This document shows positions 38,360 through 47,453 of a stretch of DNA of 64,000 nt, piece by piece. The first letter of the stretch is position 1. Every line of letters begins with the position of its first letter. The stretch comes from an uncultured virus (IMG/VR IMGVR_UViG_3300044630_001076) (lineage: Duplodnaviria; Heunggongvirae; Uroviricota; Caudoviricetes; Crassvirales). The stretch lies in the IMG/VR virus record IMGVR_UViG_3300044630_001076. One strand, written 5' to 3'. A program made the translations under genes and the position numbers. A model generated the notes under the pieces. It saw nothing but the letters and a program-made list of their open reading frames with translations. It did no database searches and was not told the origin of the DNA.

Positions 38360-38371
38360 TTTGATTAAGGT

Positions 38372-38713
38372 TTAAGACCAAGGCTCGTAAGCATTGGCAA
38401 GTAAAACATTATTGTAAAACAATTCTAATGCCATAAAGCTGATCTCATAGATGTATTGGCCATCCACTTGGTCACCATTTATATCATGCAAGTAAAGGTA
38501 AATTGTCTTACCTTCAGTTGGCTCTTGCCACTCGATATACTCGACCTCAAAAGATACTGCAACATTGCAGTCACCAACCTCGAACGGAGCTTTGATTTTG
38601 TAATCCCCGAACAACTTATGCTCATCGATATAAGCATGAATCTTATCAGTTAACTCTGATCTTAACTTTGCAATGCTTTCCATCGTTACTAATGTTTCTA
38701 ATAGATTTTCCAT
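38372..38713 (-). CDS. Hypothetical early protein
   Basis: 113-aa ORF with A-rich leader. Confidence 0.6.
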   Translation of the reverse strand: MENLLETLVTMESIAKLRSELTDKIHAYIDEHKLFGDYKIKAPFEVGDCNVAVSFEVEYIEWQEPTEGKTIYLYLHDINGDQVDGQYIYEISFMALELFYNNVLLANAYEPWS

Positions 38714-38887
38714 CTTGATTAAAGTTTAGTTAAATTATAAGGTACTGCATCCAGACCGTACTCACAAGTGTAGCCTACTGCATTTAATTTTTGAATAAGT
38801 AAATCGCAACCTTCGTAATCCTGTGGCACATACGACCACAGGATTTTACGAACTTCTTTAGGTTGCAATTCGGGGTACTCGAATAAA

Positions 38888-39364
38888 TCAGTCATTTTGA
38901 TTATCGATTATATGATCTTTAAAAATATCCTTCAACTCAGCGATCTCATCATCGCTACAAAAATCGAACTGCTCGATAAACTCATCAAGTGACTCATCAT
39001 TATCCAATCGCCACATCACCTCGCACTCGATAAAGTCATTCCAATCCAAGCTGTTGTACTTGCCCTCCAAATAAGTCAAGTCAAGTTCGAATACTTTCCG
39101 GCCATTCTTAAATCCAATCTTGCTCCAATAATCGCACCCACATTCCTCCGACTCGCACTCGACATTGACACTATACTCTCGGCTGATTTCCTCAAGCCAC
39201 TCCACCGGTGCCACCCATCTTGATTCGATCGAGAAGACCAGTAGACCGGGTTCAGTCACCTCTCTAATGTCTGCCTCATTCTCGGCCACTAATCTCTCTC
39301 TAAGTTTCTCGATTGATTTCGTTTCTCCCACGATCTCAATCCAATTGTAACAAGTGTTTGCCAT
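38888..39364 (-). CDS. YubB/DUF1281-like ferredoxin-fold protein
   Basis: MANTCYNWIEI...FSIESRWVAP.EWLEEIS pattern. Confidence 0.55.
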   Translation of the reverse strand: MANTCYNWIEIVGETKSIEKLRERLVAENEADIREVTEPGLLVFSIESRWVAPVEWLEEISREYSVNVECESEECGCDYWSKIGFKNGRKVFELDLTYLEGKYNSLDWNDFIECEVMWRLDNDESLDEFIEQFDFCSDDEIAELKDIFKDHIIDNQND

Positions 39365-39365
39365 C

Positions 39366-39686
39366 TTATTGGTTATCTAAAAGGTTTAAAATTGGACATA
39401 TTGTTTCTTGGATATCGTACAGGATACCTGCCATTTCCTCATCTTCCTGCTCGCCTCTAATCCATTCGAGTTTAGACCAATAGACCTCGCCTAACTTGTA
39501 AGGCTGGCCATCCTCATGCTCGTAATTTTCGAAATCGATTTCATCGATTGCAGTCTGCACTCGCTTGCCCATCTCTGACTTCTCATAAATTGCATTGACA
39601 TTGTAGCCTCTTTGTATTAATTCTGCAATCAAATCAGTAGTTGCAAATAAGTCTAAGTGACTCGGGTTTTCGTTCATCATTTTCAT
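39366..39686 (-). CDS. Hypothetical early protein
   Basis: 106 aa, ELIQRGY. Confidence 0.6.
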   Translation of the reverse strand: MKMMNENPSHLDLFATTDLIAELIQRGYNVNAIYEKSEMGKRVQTAIDEIDFENYEHEDGQPYKLGEVYWSKLEWIRGEQEDEEMAGILYDIQETICPILNLLDNQ

Positions 39687-39687
39687 C

Positions 39688-39897
39688 TTAAATTTGGTTT
39701 AAATAGTTAATAATAGGTTCTACTTTCTTGGTGTAGGTCGACAAATGGTCGGCCAACTGTTCGCCCACCTCAGTAAAAATTGAGTGATCTAACTCATCAT
39801 TTGTTTCACGGTCGTAGACCTTTACAATAATGACCCCTCCTATAGAGGTCACTATGTGTAGCGAATACTCGCCTGCCTTAATTATTTTCTTGCTCAT
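39688..39897 (-). CDS. Hypothetical early protein
   Basis: 69-aa ORF. Confidence 0.55.
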   Translation of the reverse strand: MSKKIIKAGEYSLHIVTSIGGVIIVKVYDRETNDELDHSIFTEVGEQLADHLSTYTKKVEPIINYLNQI

Positions 39898-40053
39898 TGA
39901 ATTCTGATTTTATAAAGTGAATGATATTAATTAAAAGGATGCCACCACCAAGGTAAGTCCAAAAGCCGTTGGGCTGGTCGACCTCGATAAATAGCATCGA
40001 GATTGCGATTAAGTTTAAAATTGATTTTGCCATTTCGTGAATGTGAGCTTTGC

Positions 40054-40410
40054 TCATTTAGTTAAAAATTTATTTATCTTTTGACTGAAAACATTAGCCA
40101 AAAATCCATCGAGATTTTTAATCTCCTCATTCCAAAAGTAATCGGAATACATCTCGCTTTCTATTGCCTCGATGACCTTTAAATACTCGGCCATCTGCTC
40201 GGCAGGTGATCCCTTCGACAATTGGAAGCCATCACCTGTTGACTCATATTCCTTCCCATCGTCATCTAGCACCCAAACCCGAAGGTTTACAAATCGATCC
40301 CAACTATCCTCATCTCGAGTTGCATAAATTCGAATGTACTCATAGCACCAAACAAACTCACCGGTCTGCTGATTTATATTCAATTTTAAATTTCCTATTT
40401 GATTTATCAT
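40054..40410 (-). CDS. Hypothetical early protein (paralog of 41950..42300)
   Basis: 118 aa; aligns by eye with the 41950 product. Confidence 0.6.
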   Translation of the reverse strand: MINQIGNLKLNINQQTGEFVWCYEYIRIYATRDEDSWDRFVNLRVWVLDDDGKEYESTGDGFQLSKGSPAEQMAEYLKVIEAIESEMYSDYFWNEEIKNLDGFLANVFSQKINKFLTK

Positions 40411-40447
40411 CTTATTTTTTTTATGAGGGGATCGCTCCCCTCGTGAA

Positions 40448-40969
40448 TTATTTTTGTGCTATTAATTTTTTAATGTATCGTTTCACCGATCCATCGGCAA
40501 ACATCGCCTCGATGTCCCCAAATGACCAACTCGCAGTATTCATATTCATATTGATGTAATATCCATCCACATAGGTAATTTTCTCATCAAATATACACTC
40601 GCATTTATGCGTAAATATATACTCAAATTGCAATTCCGTACGGCCATCTCTATCATTCAAATACATTCCATCGGCCGTTTGAATTCTGAACACTCGCTCA
40701 TCAAACCCAAGCTCGTATAACTCCAATCCTATTTCCTTAAGCATCTTGCCGTACTTATCAAAGTCCTTATACATCTGCTCGTAAACGGCCATCTCATTAG
40801 CCACACCCAAAGACTTTAACTCCTCGATTCTTGCTTTGTCATTCGCTACATCCTCGCAAAATCCAGCGAAAATATTATCGCTTGAAATTTTTGTTTTCTC
40901 GTTGATCCTTGCAAATTCAGTTACTAAATTTGAAATGATTTCGTTTTGTTTTGCTGTTAAATTTTTCAT
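40448..40969 (-). CDS. Hypothetical early protein
   Basis: Start at MKNLTAKQ after an A-rich leader. Confidence 0.6.
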   Translation of the reverse strand: MKNLTAKQNEIISNLVTEFARINEKTKISSDNIFAGFCEDVANDKARIEELKSLGVANEMAVYEQMYKDFDKYGKMLKEIGLELYELGFDERVFRIQTADGMYLNDRDGRTELQFEYIFTHKCECIFDEKITYVDGYYINMNMNTASWSFGDIEAMFADGSVKRYIKKLIAQK

Positions 40970-41056
40970 TTGATTTTTTTTTGTGGCGATCCTGGTCACC
41001 GGTGAAATTTATTTTTTGAGTTTATAATGGGAGGGAAACCCTCCCATCTTTACGAT

Positions 41057-41755
41057 CTATCTTACTACAAATCCGAAGGTATCTTTTTTCGCTTTGCCTT
41101 TTGCCTTCAGTCCTAACACCACACCTTCGAGGTTCAGCATCAAGTCATCGGCCTCATCACCATCCACTACTCGAGATCCGAGGTAACTATATGGCATTGG
41201 CTTTTTGTCATCAAATACTACTGCAACATTTGTACCCGACAGGAGAGCTCTGAAGGCATCATCCTCATTGGACTCAGTCCGCGAGAATGTCAAGGTGTAG
41301 CGACTGCCTTTATATTTTAAGACCTTGCCTAAAATTTTAGTGTAATCGTAAAACTCAAGGTGAGGGAAATCGTTAAGGATGTCGATGCCGACTCTATTGT
41401 TTACGATGGCAATCAAATCCAAATCTGATGTACCATTCAATCGGACTGCAATTTTGCCACCTTTTTTCTCGGCTTTCTTATTAAGTAGTCGCAATTCCTT
41501 TGCGATTTGCTCGCAAAATTCCTGGCGATTATTCAAGTACATTTCCGTACGATTTTTTCTCGCCTCTTGGATGCTATTGAATGCTCCACGACCTGCAGTA
41601 AATAGGCACGCAAGGATGCACGACTCCGAGGCATTCGGGCATAGGTTTACACCTTTTGAGTTTTGGGTGTATGGACTCAAATATAAAATATGAGTCTCTA
41701 AAAAATTCTTTTTTGTCTTGGCATTTGTGCCACCATTTGAGATTAATTTTTTCAT
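41057..41755 (-). CDS. Gp88-like (radical-SAM-fold related) phage protein
   Basis: NLCP.AS..C...CL..AGRG, VRLNGTSD and FYDYTK motifs. Confidence 0.7.
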   Translation of the reverse strand: MKKLISNGGTNAKTKKNFLETHILYLSPYTQNSKGVNLCPNASESCILACLFTAGRGAFNSIQEARKNRTEMYLNNRQEFCEQIAKELRLLNKKAEKKGGKIAVRLNGTSDLDLIAIVNNRVGIDILNDFPHLEFYDYTKILGKVLKYKGSRYTLTFSRTESNEDDAFRALLSGTNVAVVFDDKKPMPYSYLGSRVVDGDEADDLMLNLEGVVLGLKAKGKAKKDTFGFVVR

Positions 41756-41949
41756 GATTTTGTAAGGTTTAAATGATTGTATAAAGTTTTTTTTCTACGA
41801 TACGAAACGAGTCCAATTGACTCGCATATTTTTTGGCATCTCTTAATTTTAGGAATGCCTTTACTTGGATGAACTTGCCGATTATTATCGTTTCTACGGC
41901 ATACATTTTTTTCTTGACTAACATAGTAGTAAAATTTAAGGTTTGAAAA

Positions 41950-42300
41950 TTAGATTGAATAAATTGATTTAATAGATGATAAAGCAGAGTCTAAATCCTC
42001 AAAATCTCCGCTCGTAATTGCATCGATAATATCAGATACAACAATTATATACTCTGCTTGTTGACTCGTTAGGTCAAATTCGTAGTTCATTTTGTATTCG
42101 TATCCTTCCGACAAATTACCCTCATTGTCATCTACTTGAATAGAACAAATACCTTGTTCTTCAAACTCGGGACTCGCACAAATACGGAAATCTTTATTTT
42201 CCCATATTAATGCATTTGTATGGAAATCTGAATAAACTTTGAAATCGCCAATTTTGGTAATCATTAAATCTAAATTTTGGAAATTGATAAACTTTGTCAT
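41950..42300 (-). CDS. Hypothetical first early protein
   Basis: 116-aa ORF, first in the leftward unit. Confidence 0.6.
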   Translation of the reverse strand: MTKFINFQNLDLMITKIGDFKVYSDFHTNALIWENKDFRICASPEFEEQGICSIQVDDNEGNLSEGYEYKMNYEFDLTSQQAEYIIVVSDIIDAITSGDFEDLDSALSSIKSIYSI

Positions 42301-42639
42301 AATAGTATTTTTTAATGGGTTAAAAATTTGGTTCGTTTTAAATTGTATGCAATTCTATATATAATATTTTAAACCACCAAAAAAATGTTGAAAAAATGTT
42401 GAATACTTTGTACGATCCTTGCCGTACAGGACGGATCTAATGTGCTTTTAAACGCAATAGAGCGGGATTTTGGGTTAAAAATAGTGTTGAAAAAATTTTG
42501 CGAGTGATTGAAAATATTTTTTGAAATGTTAAAAAGTTTGGGAAAATGAGGGGAGGGGAACCCATCGAGTGCGGATGTTTTATCGGTAATATAATTCCGA
42601 TTTTTGGATGGGCAAAAAATGGGATCAGCCGAAAAGTAA

Positions 42640-42808
42640 TTAGCCAAATTGCTAAATAGTAGCAACTTGGTTAGCCAAATAACTAAATAACTCGGTTCGA
42701 TTATTAGTTAATTAGACAAATATCTAACTGCGAAATGTATGTAGTTAGTCAACTATCTAATTAGCACTATGAGTAATTAGGCGGATGGCTAATTAGCAAA
42801 AAAGCTAA
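42640..42808. repeat. Array of TTAG-N8-CTAA palindromic boxes
   Basis: Perfect boxes at 42640, 42671, 42712, 42745, 42777 and 42793; one-mismatch box at 42761. Confidence 0.85.
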
Positions 42809-42942
42809 ATACTTGCAGGCAATTTGCCCAAATCAGACCCCCCCCGGTCAAGATCGACCGGTTTCCGGTGTGGGGCCGCCGGTCTAAAATAATGGGGATA
42901 CCCAAAAACCATATTTTTCTAACAAAATTTTTACCTTTGCAT

Positions 42943-43206
42943 ATGGAATCACAAAAATACATGGGCCGTAATCAGTTGGTTAATCGGCTTGCTTCACAGG
43001 TAGGATCAAAGGAGATGGCTATAGGTATCTTAAAGAAGCGTGGTCATTTAAATGCTTCTGGTAAACTTACTGCTAAGGGTGCAAAGCGTAATGCTATGAC
43101 AGCTGGAGAGCGTGCTATAGATCGTGCATCTAAATATTCTAAGCGTAATAAAAATGAGTATGTTTATAATCCTATAACTAATAGGGCTACACTTAAAAAT
43201 AAATAA
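42943..43206 (+). CDS. Small basic hypothetical protein
   Basis: Start MESQKY, 3 nt after TACCTTTG (42932-42939). Confidence 0.6.
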   Translation: MESQKYMGRNQLVNRLASQVGSKEMAIGILKKRGHLNASGKLTAKGAKRNAMTAGERAIDRASKYSKRNKNEYVYNPITNRATLKNK

Positions 43207-43208
43207 CT

Positions 43209-43337
43209 ATGGCAAAGGCAAGTTCATTGGGTTCATCTAGAAAGATTTCCTTTGGCAAGAAGGGTACTGGTAAGCATAAAAAGAGCTACGGTCCCAAGGA
43301 CCAAAAGCCAAAAAAGTATCGAGGTCAGGGGAGATAA
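43209..43337 (+). CDS. Small basic protein ending KKYRGQGR (42 aa)
   Basis: Read manually; this C-terminal motif recurs in aquatic phage small proteins. Confidence 0.65.
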   Translation: MAKASSLGSSRKISFGKKGTGKHKKSYGPKDQKPKKYRGQGR

Positions 43338-43438
43338 AATTATAAGACAGATCTTTTTTTTGTTCTGATTTATTTCTATTTAACATAATGTTAGTATAAA
43401 AATCATTGTACTATTCTAAGATGAATTGTACTATTTGT

Positions 43439-43649
43439 AAAGTTGTACATTTTTATGTAGAAAAGATGTACAAAATATTTATAAGTTTACATTTATAACT
43501 TATTGATTATTAATAAGTTATATTATTTATTATTAATAAATGTACAAAATGTACAAAATAGAAAGGAAAATTAGAAAAAATATTTTTTCACTCAGAAATA
43601 AAAAATATATATAGTAGTAATGGGGGGTAAAGTTGTACATCTTTACATG
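43439..43649. repeat. TGTACA-box / IHF-like element, copy 2
   Basis: Homologous to 33086-33286 with conserved box spacing. Confidence 0.7.
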
Positions 43650-43675
43650 GAGAAATTTTTCTGACAGCTATTGTT

Positions 43676-43701
43676 TGGCACGGCATTTGTATATAGATTT
43701 G
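43676..43701 (+). promoter_or_regulatory. Sigma54-like -24/-12 motif plus TAGATTTG -7 motif upstream of groEL
   Basis: TGGCAC-N5-TTGT at 43676-43690; TAGATTTG at 43694-43701. Confidence 0.45.
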
Positions 43702-43720
43702 TAACAAATTAAATCGAAGC

Positions 43721-45265
43721 ATGATAGTTAAAGAAATCTCATTCGGCAAAGAAGGCCGAGACAAATTAATCAAAGGTGTGGATGCGGTGGCGAACGCTGT
43801 CGGCTCTACATTAGGGGCACGAGGCAGGACTGTGCTCATCGAGTCAGAGCAACACGTTGGAGGGATCACGGTCACCAAGGATGGCGTGACAGTTGCTAAG
43901 TCAATTAACTTAATGGACCCGGCTGAGAACCTAGCGGTGATGATCATGCGTGAGGCATCAGAGAAGACTGCCAACTCGGCAGGCGATGGGACAACGACAA
44001 GTATGGTGCTGGCACAGGCCATTATTCATGAGGCCATGGATCAGATTGAGCCAAGCGATAACTTGACACAAGTCTTGCGTGATATACAGGAGGCGAGCAC
44101 AGAGGTGCTGGATAAGTTAGATCAGATGTCGGTTGAGATTACTGATGACAAGCTTAACTCAGTTGCTACAATCTCTGCCAATGGTGACACGGACACAGGG
44201 TCAATAATTGCTGATGCGTACAGTAAGGTGGGGCTGACCGGAGTGGTGACAGTTGAGCCATCCAAGGATGCGTTGACATACTCGGAGATTATTAGTGGCA
44301 TGAAGATAGACAGGGGGTTCACGAGCAAGTACTTTGTGACTGACCATAAGAAGCAAGAGTGCGTGCTAGACGATCCATACATCTTGGTGACAGACCAGCC
44401 TATTAGTCATATTAATGACATCTTCCCAATACTTGAGTTTATATTGGAGGGTAACAAGTCATTGCTAATTATTGGCGAGCTAGAGGAGAATGCTCTGAAT
44501 ACGCTGAACGCCAACAAGATTAAGGCGAAGCTAAAGGTGTGCTCTATTATCCCTCCGCAGTTTGGCTACAAAAAGCATCAGTTGATGGCAGACATTGCTC
44601 ATGCTACAGGTGCTAAGTATTTCTCAGAGCAGACAGGGGACAACTTGGCGATGGTGAGCATCGATGACCTAGGTCGTGCTAAGAAGATTATTAGTGGTCG
44701 GTTCAATACTTTGATCCGTGAGCCAGGTGGCTTGGTGGATGAGCGAGTGGCAGAGCTACAAGAGCAATTAAATGTGGAGACGAGCGGGATCGAGAAGGAC
44801 TTCTTGAAGGAGCGAATAGCTAATCTTGGTGGTGGGGTTGCGGTGATCTATGTTGGGGCTCAGTCTGACATTGAGCAGAAGGAGAAGAAGGACAGAGTGG
44901 ACGATGCGGTGTGTGCTGTTAGAGCTGCGTTAGAAGAGGGCATCCTACCAGGTGGTGGGGTGGCACTAAAAGATGTGGCGATTGGGATGGAGAAAACAAA
45001 CAAGAAGGGCGAGTCTATATTGATGCTTGCACTTATTAGTCCAATGATGAAGATTATTGATAATGCAGGTGGATGGTCAGGAGAGATGAAAGATTATCGC
45101 AAAAATGGCATTGGTGTAAACGTAGTCAATATGACCATTTGTAATATGATGGACATGGGCATCATCGACCCGACTAAGGTGACAAAAGAGGCTGTGCGAA
45201 ATGCGGTATCAGTTGCTACAACTTTATTATCTACAGACACAGTTATAACTAATATCAGAGCTTAA
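43721..45265 (+). CDS. groEL: Chaperonin GroEL (phage-encoded)
   Basis: TKDGVTVAK, AGDGTTT, ISANGD, GMKIDRG, EEGILPGGG and GIIDPTKV motifs; no GGM tail. Confidence 0.95.
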   Translation: MIVKEISFGKEGRDKLIKGVDAVANAVGSTLGARGRTVLIESEQHVGGITVTKDGVTVAKSINLMDPAENLAVMIMREASEKTANSAGDGTTTSMVLAQAIIHEAMDQIEPSDNLTQVLRDIQEASTEVLDKLDQMSVEITDDKLNSVATISANGDTDTGSIIADAYSKVGLTGVVTVEPSKDALTYSEIISGMKIDRGFTSKYFVTDHKKQECVLDDPYILVTDQPISHINDIFPILEFILEGNKSLLIIGELEENALNTLNANKIKAKLKVCSIIPPQFGYKKHQLMADIAHATGAKYFSEQTGDNLAMVSIDDLGRAKKIISGRFNTLIREPGGLVDERVAELQEQLNVETSGIEKDFLKERIANLGGGVAVIYVGAQSDIEQKEKKDRVDDAVCAVRAALEEGILPGGGVALKDVAIGMEKTNKKGESILMLALISPMMKIIDNAGGWSGEMKDYRKNGIGVNVVNMTICNMMDMGIIDPTKVTKEAVRNAVSVATTLLSTDTVITNIRA

Positions 45266-45266
45266 T

Positions 45267-45524
45267 ATGAAAGTAATAGGAAATAATATTTTAATCGTAC
45301 CTCAAGAAGAGGAGACAAAATCAAAAGGGGGCTTATTAATGTCAGCATCTGACACAAAAGAGCTACGCTATAAGAAGGCAACTGTGGCAGCCGTTGGCAA
45401 TGCGGTCGAAGGGGTCATGCCAGGTAACTTTATCTACTTCGATAAAGCGGCAGGTCACGGGATCCGGGTGAACGAGGACATTTACACGGTGATAAGGGTT
45501 CAAGACGTGGTGGTGGTGCTATAG
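45267..45524 (+). CDS. groES: Co-chaperonin GroES
   Basis: Mobile loop EETKSKGGLLM, VAAVG; directly after groEL. Confidence 0.88.
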   Translation: MKVIGNNILIVPQEEETKSKGGLLMSASDTKELRYKKATVAAVGNAVEGVMPGNFIYFDKAAGHGIRVNEDIYTVIRVQDVVVVL

Positions 45525-46007
45525 TTCCACCTTAGGCTTGGACTGTTGCTTTTTAAAGTCCTCATTGGCCCGCTTTGCTACTCTATTGAACTGACGTTCG
45601 GAGTACTTAGTGGGCCTTTTTATTTCTGTAATGGGCTTCTCGCCTAAAAGTCTAGCGTAAACATCACGCATAATGGCTCGGCCCTTGGCAGAAAGCTCAT
45701 ACATGGGCACAGTTCGGTACGATCCTGGTCTAAAAATGCTGATGAGTCCCATATCAATCATATCTTTACGTTTTTTTGGGGCAAATCCTAGGATTTGGTT
45801 GTACTTCTCGATGGACTTGACGTTAAATATGCCTTCCGAGTGGAGAAAACAGAGCATTTGGAAGTAAGGAGCCGAGAGTCCGTAGTGACGAAGGACATAT
45901 TTCTGCACGAGACCTATGTATTTTAGGAAGTCGTGTTGTATCTCCATCCGTGTAACTGGAGGGTATTTTTTTGGTCGGTACACTTTTGGTACCATATATG
46001 TTTTCAT
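45519..46007 (-). CDS. Winged-helix (MarR-like) DNA-binding protein
   Basis: MLCFL...GLI...YELSAKGR pattern; divergent -7 motifs at 46024-46031 (-) and 46033-46040 (+). Confidence 0.55.
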   Translation of the reverse strand: MKTYMVPKVYRPKKYPPVTRMEIQHDFLKYIGLVQKYVLRHYGLSAPYFQMLCFLHSEGIFNVKSIEKYNQILGFAPKKRKDMIDMGLISIFRPGSYRTVPMYELSAKGRAIMRDVYARLLGEKPITEIKRPTKYSERQFNRVAKRANEDFKKQQSKPKVEL

Positions 46008-46063
46008 TTGATTTTATTTTTAACAAATTTACTATCTTTGCTTGATTTTTAATAACAATAAAA

Positions 46064-46273
46064 ATGGCAAAGCAAAAAAGACCAGATACCCCATTAGCTT
46101 CAACACCTATGGTGCGTTGGGTTGATAATATAAAGAATCCTGAGAATGCGGAGTTTGTTACAGAAACAGGGTATAATTTAAGAAAACCAAATAGCCAAGT
46201 AACTCAACAAGAGTTTAATATACGCTATAATATTAAACCAGATTCCATTCCAGTAATTAAAAGAAAAAAATAA
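46064..46273 (+). CDS. Small protein with N-terminal PLAxT motif
   Basis: MAKQKRPDTPLASTPM. Confidence 0.65.
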   Translation: MAKQKRPDTPLASTPMVRWVDNIKNPENAEFVTETGYNLRKPNSQVTQQEFNIRYNIKPDSIPVIKRKK

Positions 46274-46452
46274 TGAAAGGTAAACACCCAGGCTTTAAAG
46301 CAGTAGCTGCTGGCATAGCCAAAAAACAAGGAATCCCAGTAGAGCGTGCAAATGCTATTTTAGCAGCAGGTGCTCGTAAGGCAGGAGCAAAAGCTGTTAA
46401 GGCTAACCCTGCATTAAAGAAAGTATCAGGCGTAATGAAAAAGAAAAAATAA
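46273..46452 (+). CDS. Small Ala/Lys-rich protein (59 aa, MKGKHPGFKAVAAGIAKKQG...)
   Basis: Read manually; TAATG coupling with the upstream gene. Confidence 0.7.
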   Translation: MKGKHPGFKAVAAGIAKKQGIPVERANAILAAGARKAGAKAVKANPALKKVSGVMKKKK

Positions 46453-46453
46453 C

Positions 46454-46894
46454 ATGGCAACTAAGAAAGAAAAAGACAAAGATATTATCATGAGAAGTGC
46501 GAAGCCTGGTCTTCCGGTAAACATCTCTAAGCCAAGCATCCCTCAGAGTTCAAATGCTATGGGTGCTAGTGGCACGATCCTTAACAATGTTAATGTTCGT
46601 CCAACAAGAATGCAGACAGCAAAGTATGATGCTACTTATTTGACAAGAGATTTAGGTGGTGCTTTAAAAAAATCAATTAAAAGTCCCAATTTAGTTGAAA
46701 AAGCTAAAGGTGTTTTAGGTACTGCAATAATGGGGGCAACTATCCCAGTTAATGCAGGAGTTTCTCTATTTAACGTAATTAGTGGTCAAGCAAGATATAA
46801 TAAAAATAAAAGAGCAGGATTAGAGCGTGGAGATAAAGACTTTAAAGTTCGCAACTCATCTATTCCATTAGCAGAAACAGAGTTTAACAATTAA
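46454..46894 (+). CDS. Basic protein with C-terminal RNSSIPLAETEF
   Basis: 146-aa ORF. Confidence 0.65.
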   Translation: MATKKEKDKDIIMRSAKPGLPVNISKPSIPQSSNAMGASGTILNNVNVRPTRMQTAKYDATYLTRDLGGALKKSIKSPNLVEKAKGVLGTAIMGATIPVNAGVSLFNVISGQARYNKNKRAGLERGDKDFKVRNSSIPLAETEFNN

Positions 46895-46901
46895 AATAAT
46901 T

Positions 46902-47120
46902 ATGGCAAAGGTTAAGTCAGATTCAACAACAGTTACTCAGGAAGCAAGAATGCGTATTTCTGAATTAATAAATCAAAAAAGAAAGCAAGAGGATGCACAA
47001 AAAGCAGCTGAACGAGCTAAAGCTAATTTTGATTCTGTTAGATTAAAAGATATGCAAAGAGGATATAAACTTCGTGATTCATCAATGCCTTTAGCACCAA
47101 CACAATTTAACGATATGTAA
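46902..47120 (+). CDS. Basic protein with C-terminal RDSSMPLAPTQF
   Basis: 72-aa ORF. Confidence 0.65.
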   Translation: MAKVKSDSTTVTQEARMRISELINQKRKQEDAQKAAERAKANFDSVRLKDMQRGYKLRDSSMPLAPTQFNDM

Positions 47121-47122
47121 TT

Positions 47123-47263
47123 ATGGCAAAGCAAGAACAAACACCAATGACACGTAAGATGCCTCCTCAAATGATGGGCATTAGCAAGATTGTCGCAGCA
47201 TCTAAGATGATTGACTTAGTTAAGCAAGTAGCCGTTAAAAAGATGGCTAAAAAAATGCGTTAA
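47123..47263 (+). CDS. Small Met/Lys-rich protein (46 aa)
   Basis: Read manually (MAKQEQTPMTRKMPPQMMG...). Confidence 0.6.
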   Translation: MAKQEQTPMTRKMPPQMMGISKIVAASKMIDLVKQVAVKKMAKKMR

Positions 47264-47264
47264 T

Positions 47265-47453
47265 ATGGAAGGCTTAGGAGATTTGGTTGCTAAGGTAACT
47301 GAGACTACTGGCATCAAGAAAGTTGTAGAGGCTGCATTCCCAAATGGGGGCTGTGGCTGTGCACAACGTCAGCAGAAATTAAATGAAATGTTTCCATTCG
47401 GTTCTCCGAAGGATCAATACAATATTGATAAAATAAATGAAAGCAACCGCTAA
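47265..47453 (+). CDS. Conserved small phage protein (GLGD...CGC..RQ.KLN)
   Basis: Motif recognition. Confidence 0.65.
   Translation: MEGLGDLVAKVTETTGIKKVVEAAFPNGGCGCAQRQQKLNEMFPFGSPKDQYNIDKINESNR

Noticed and set aside
42369..42665. 98-aa minus-strand ORF in the divergent region
   Set aside because: Phe/Asn-rich translation of A/T tracts, begins inside the repeat array; likely non-coding.
42690..42705. GGTTCGATT as a tRNA T-loop
   Set aside because: No cloverleaf stems around it; it lies inside the TTAG/CTAA array. No tRNA gene was recognised in the window.
42640..42808. Repeat array as CRISPR
   Set aside because: Units are 16-bp palindromes with 8-nt variable cores, too short for repeat-spacer structure; no cas genes.
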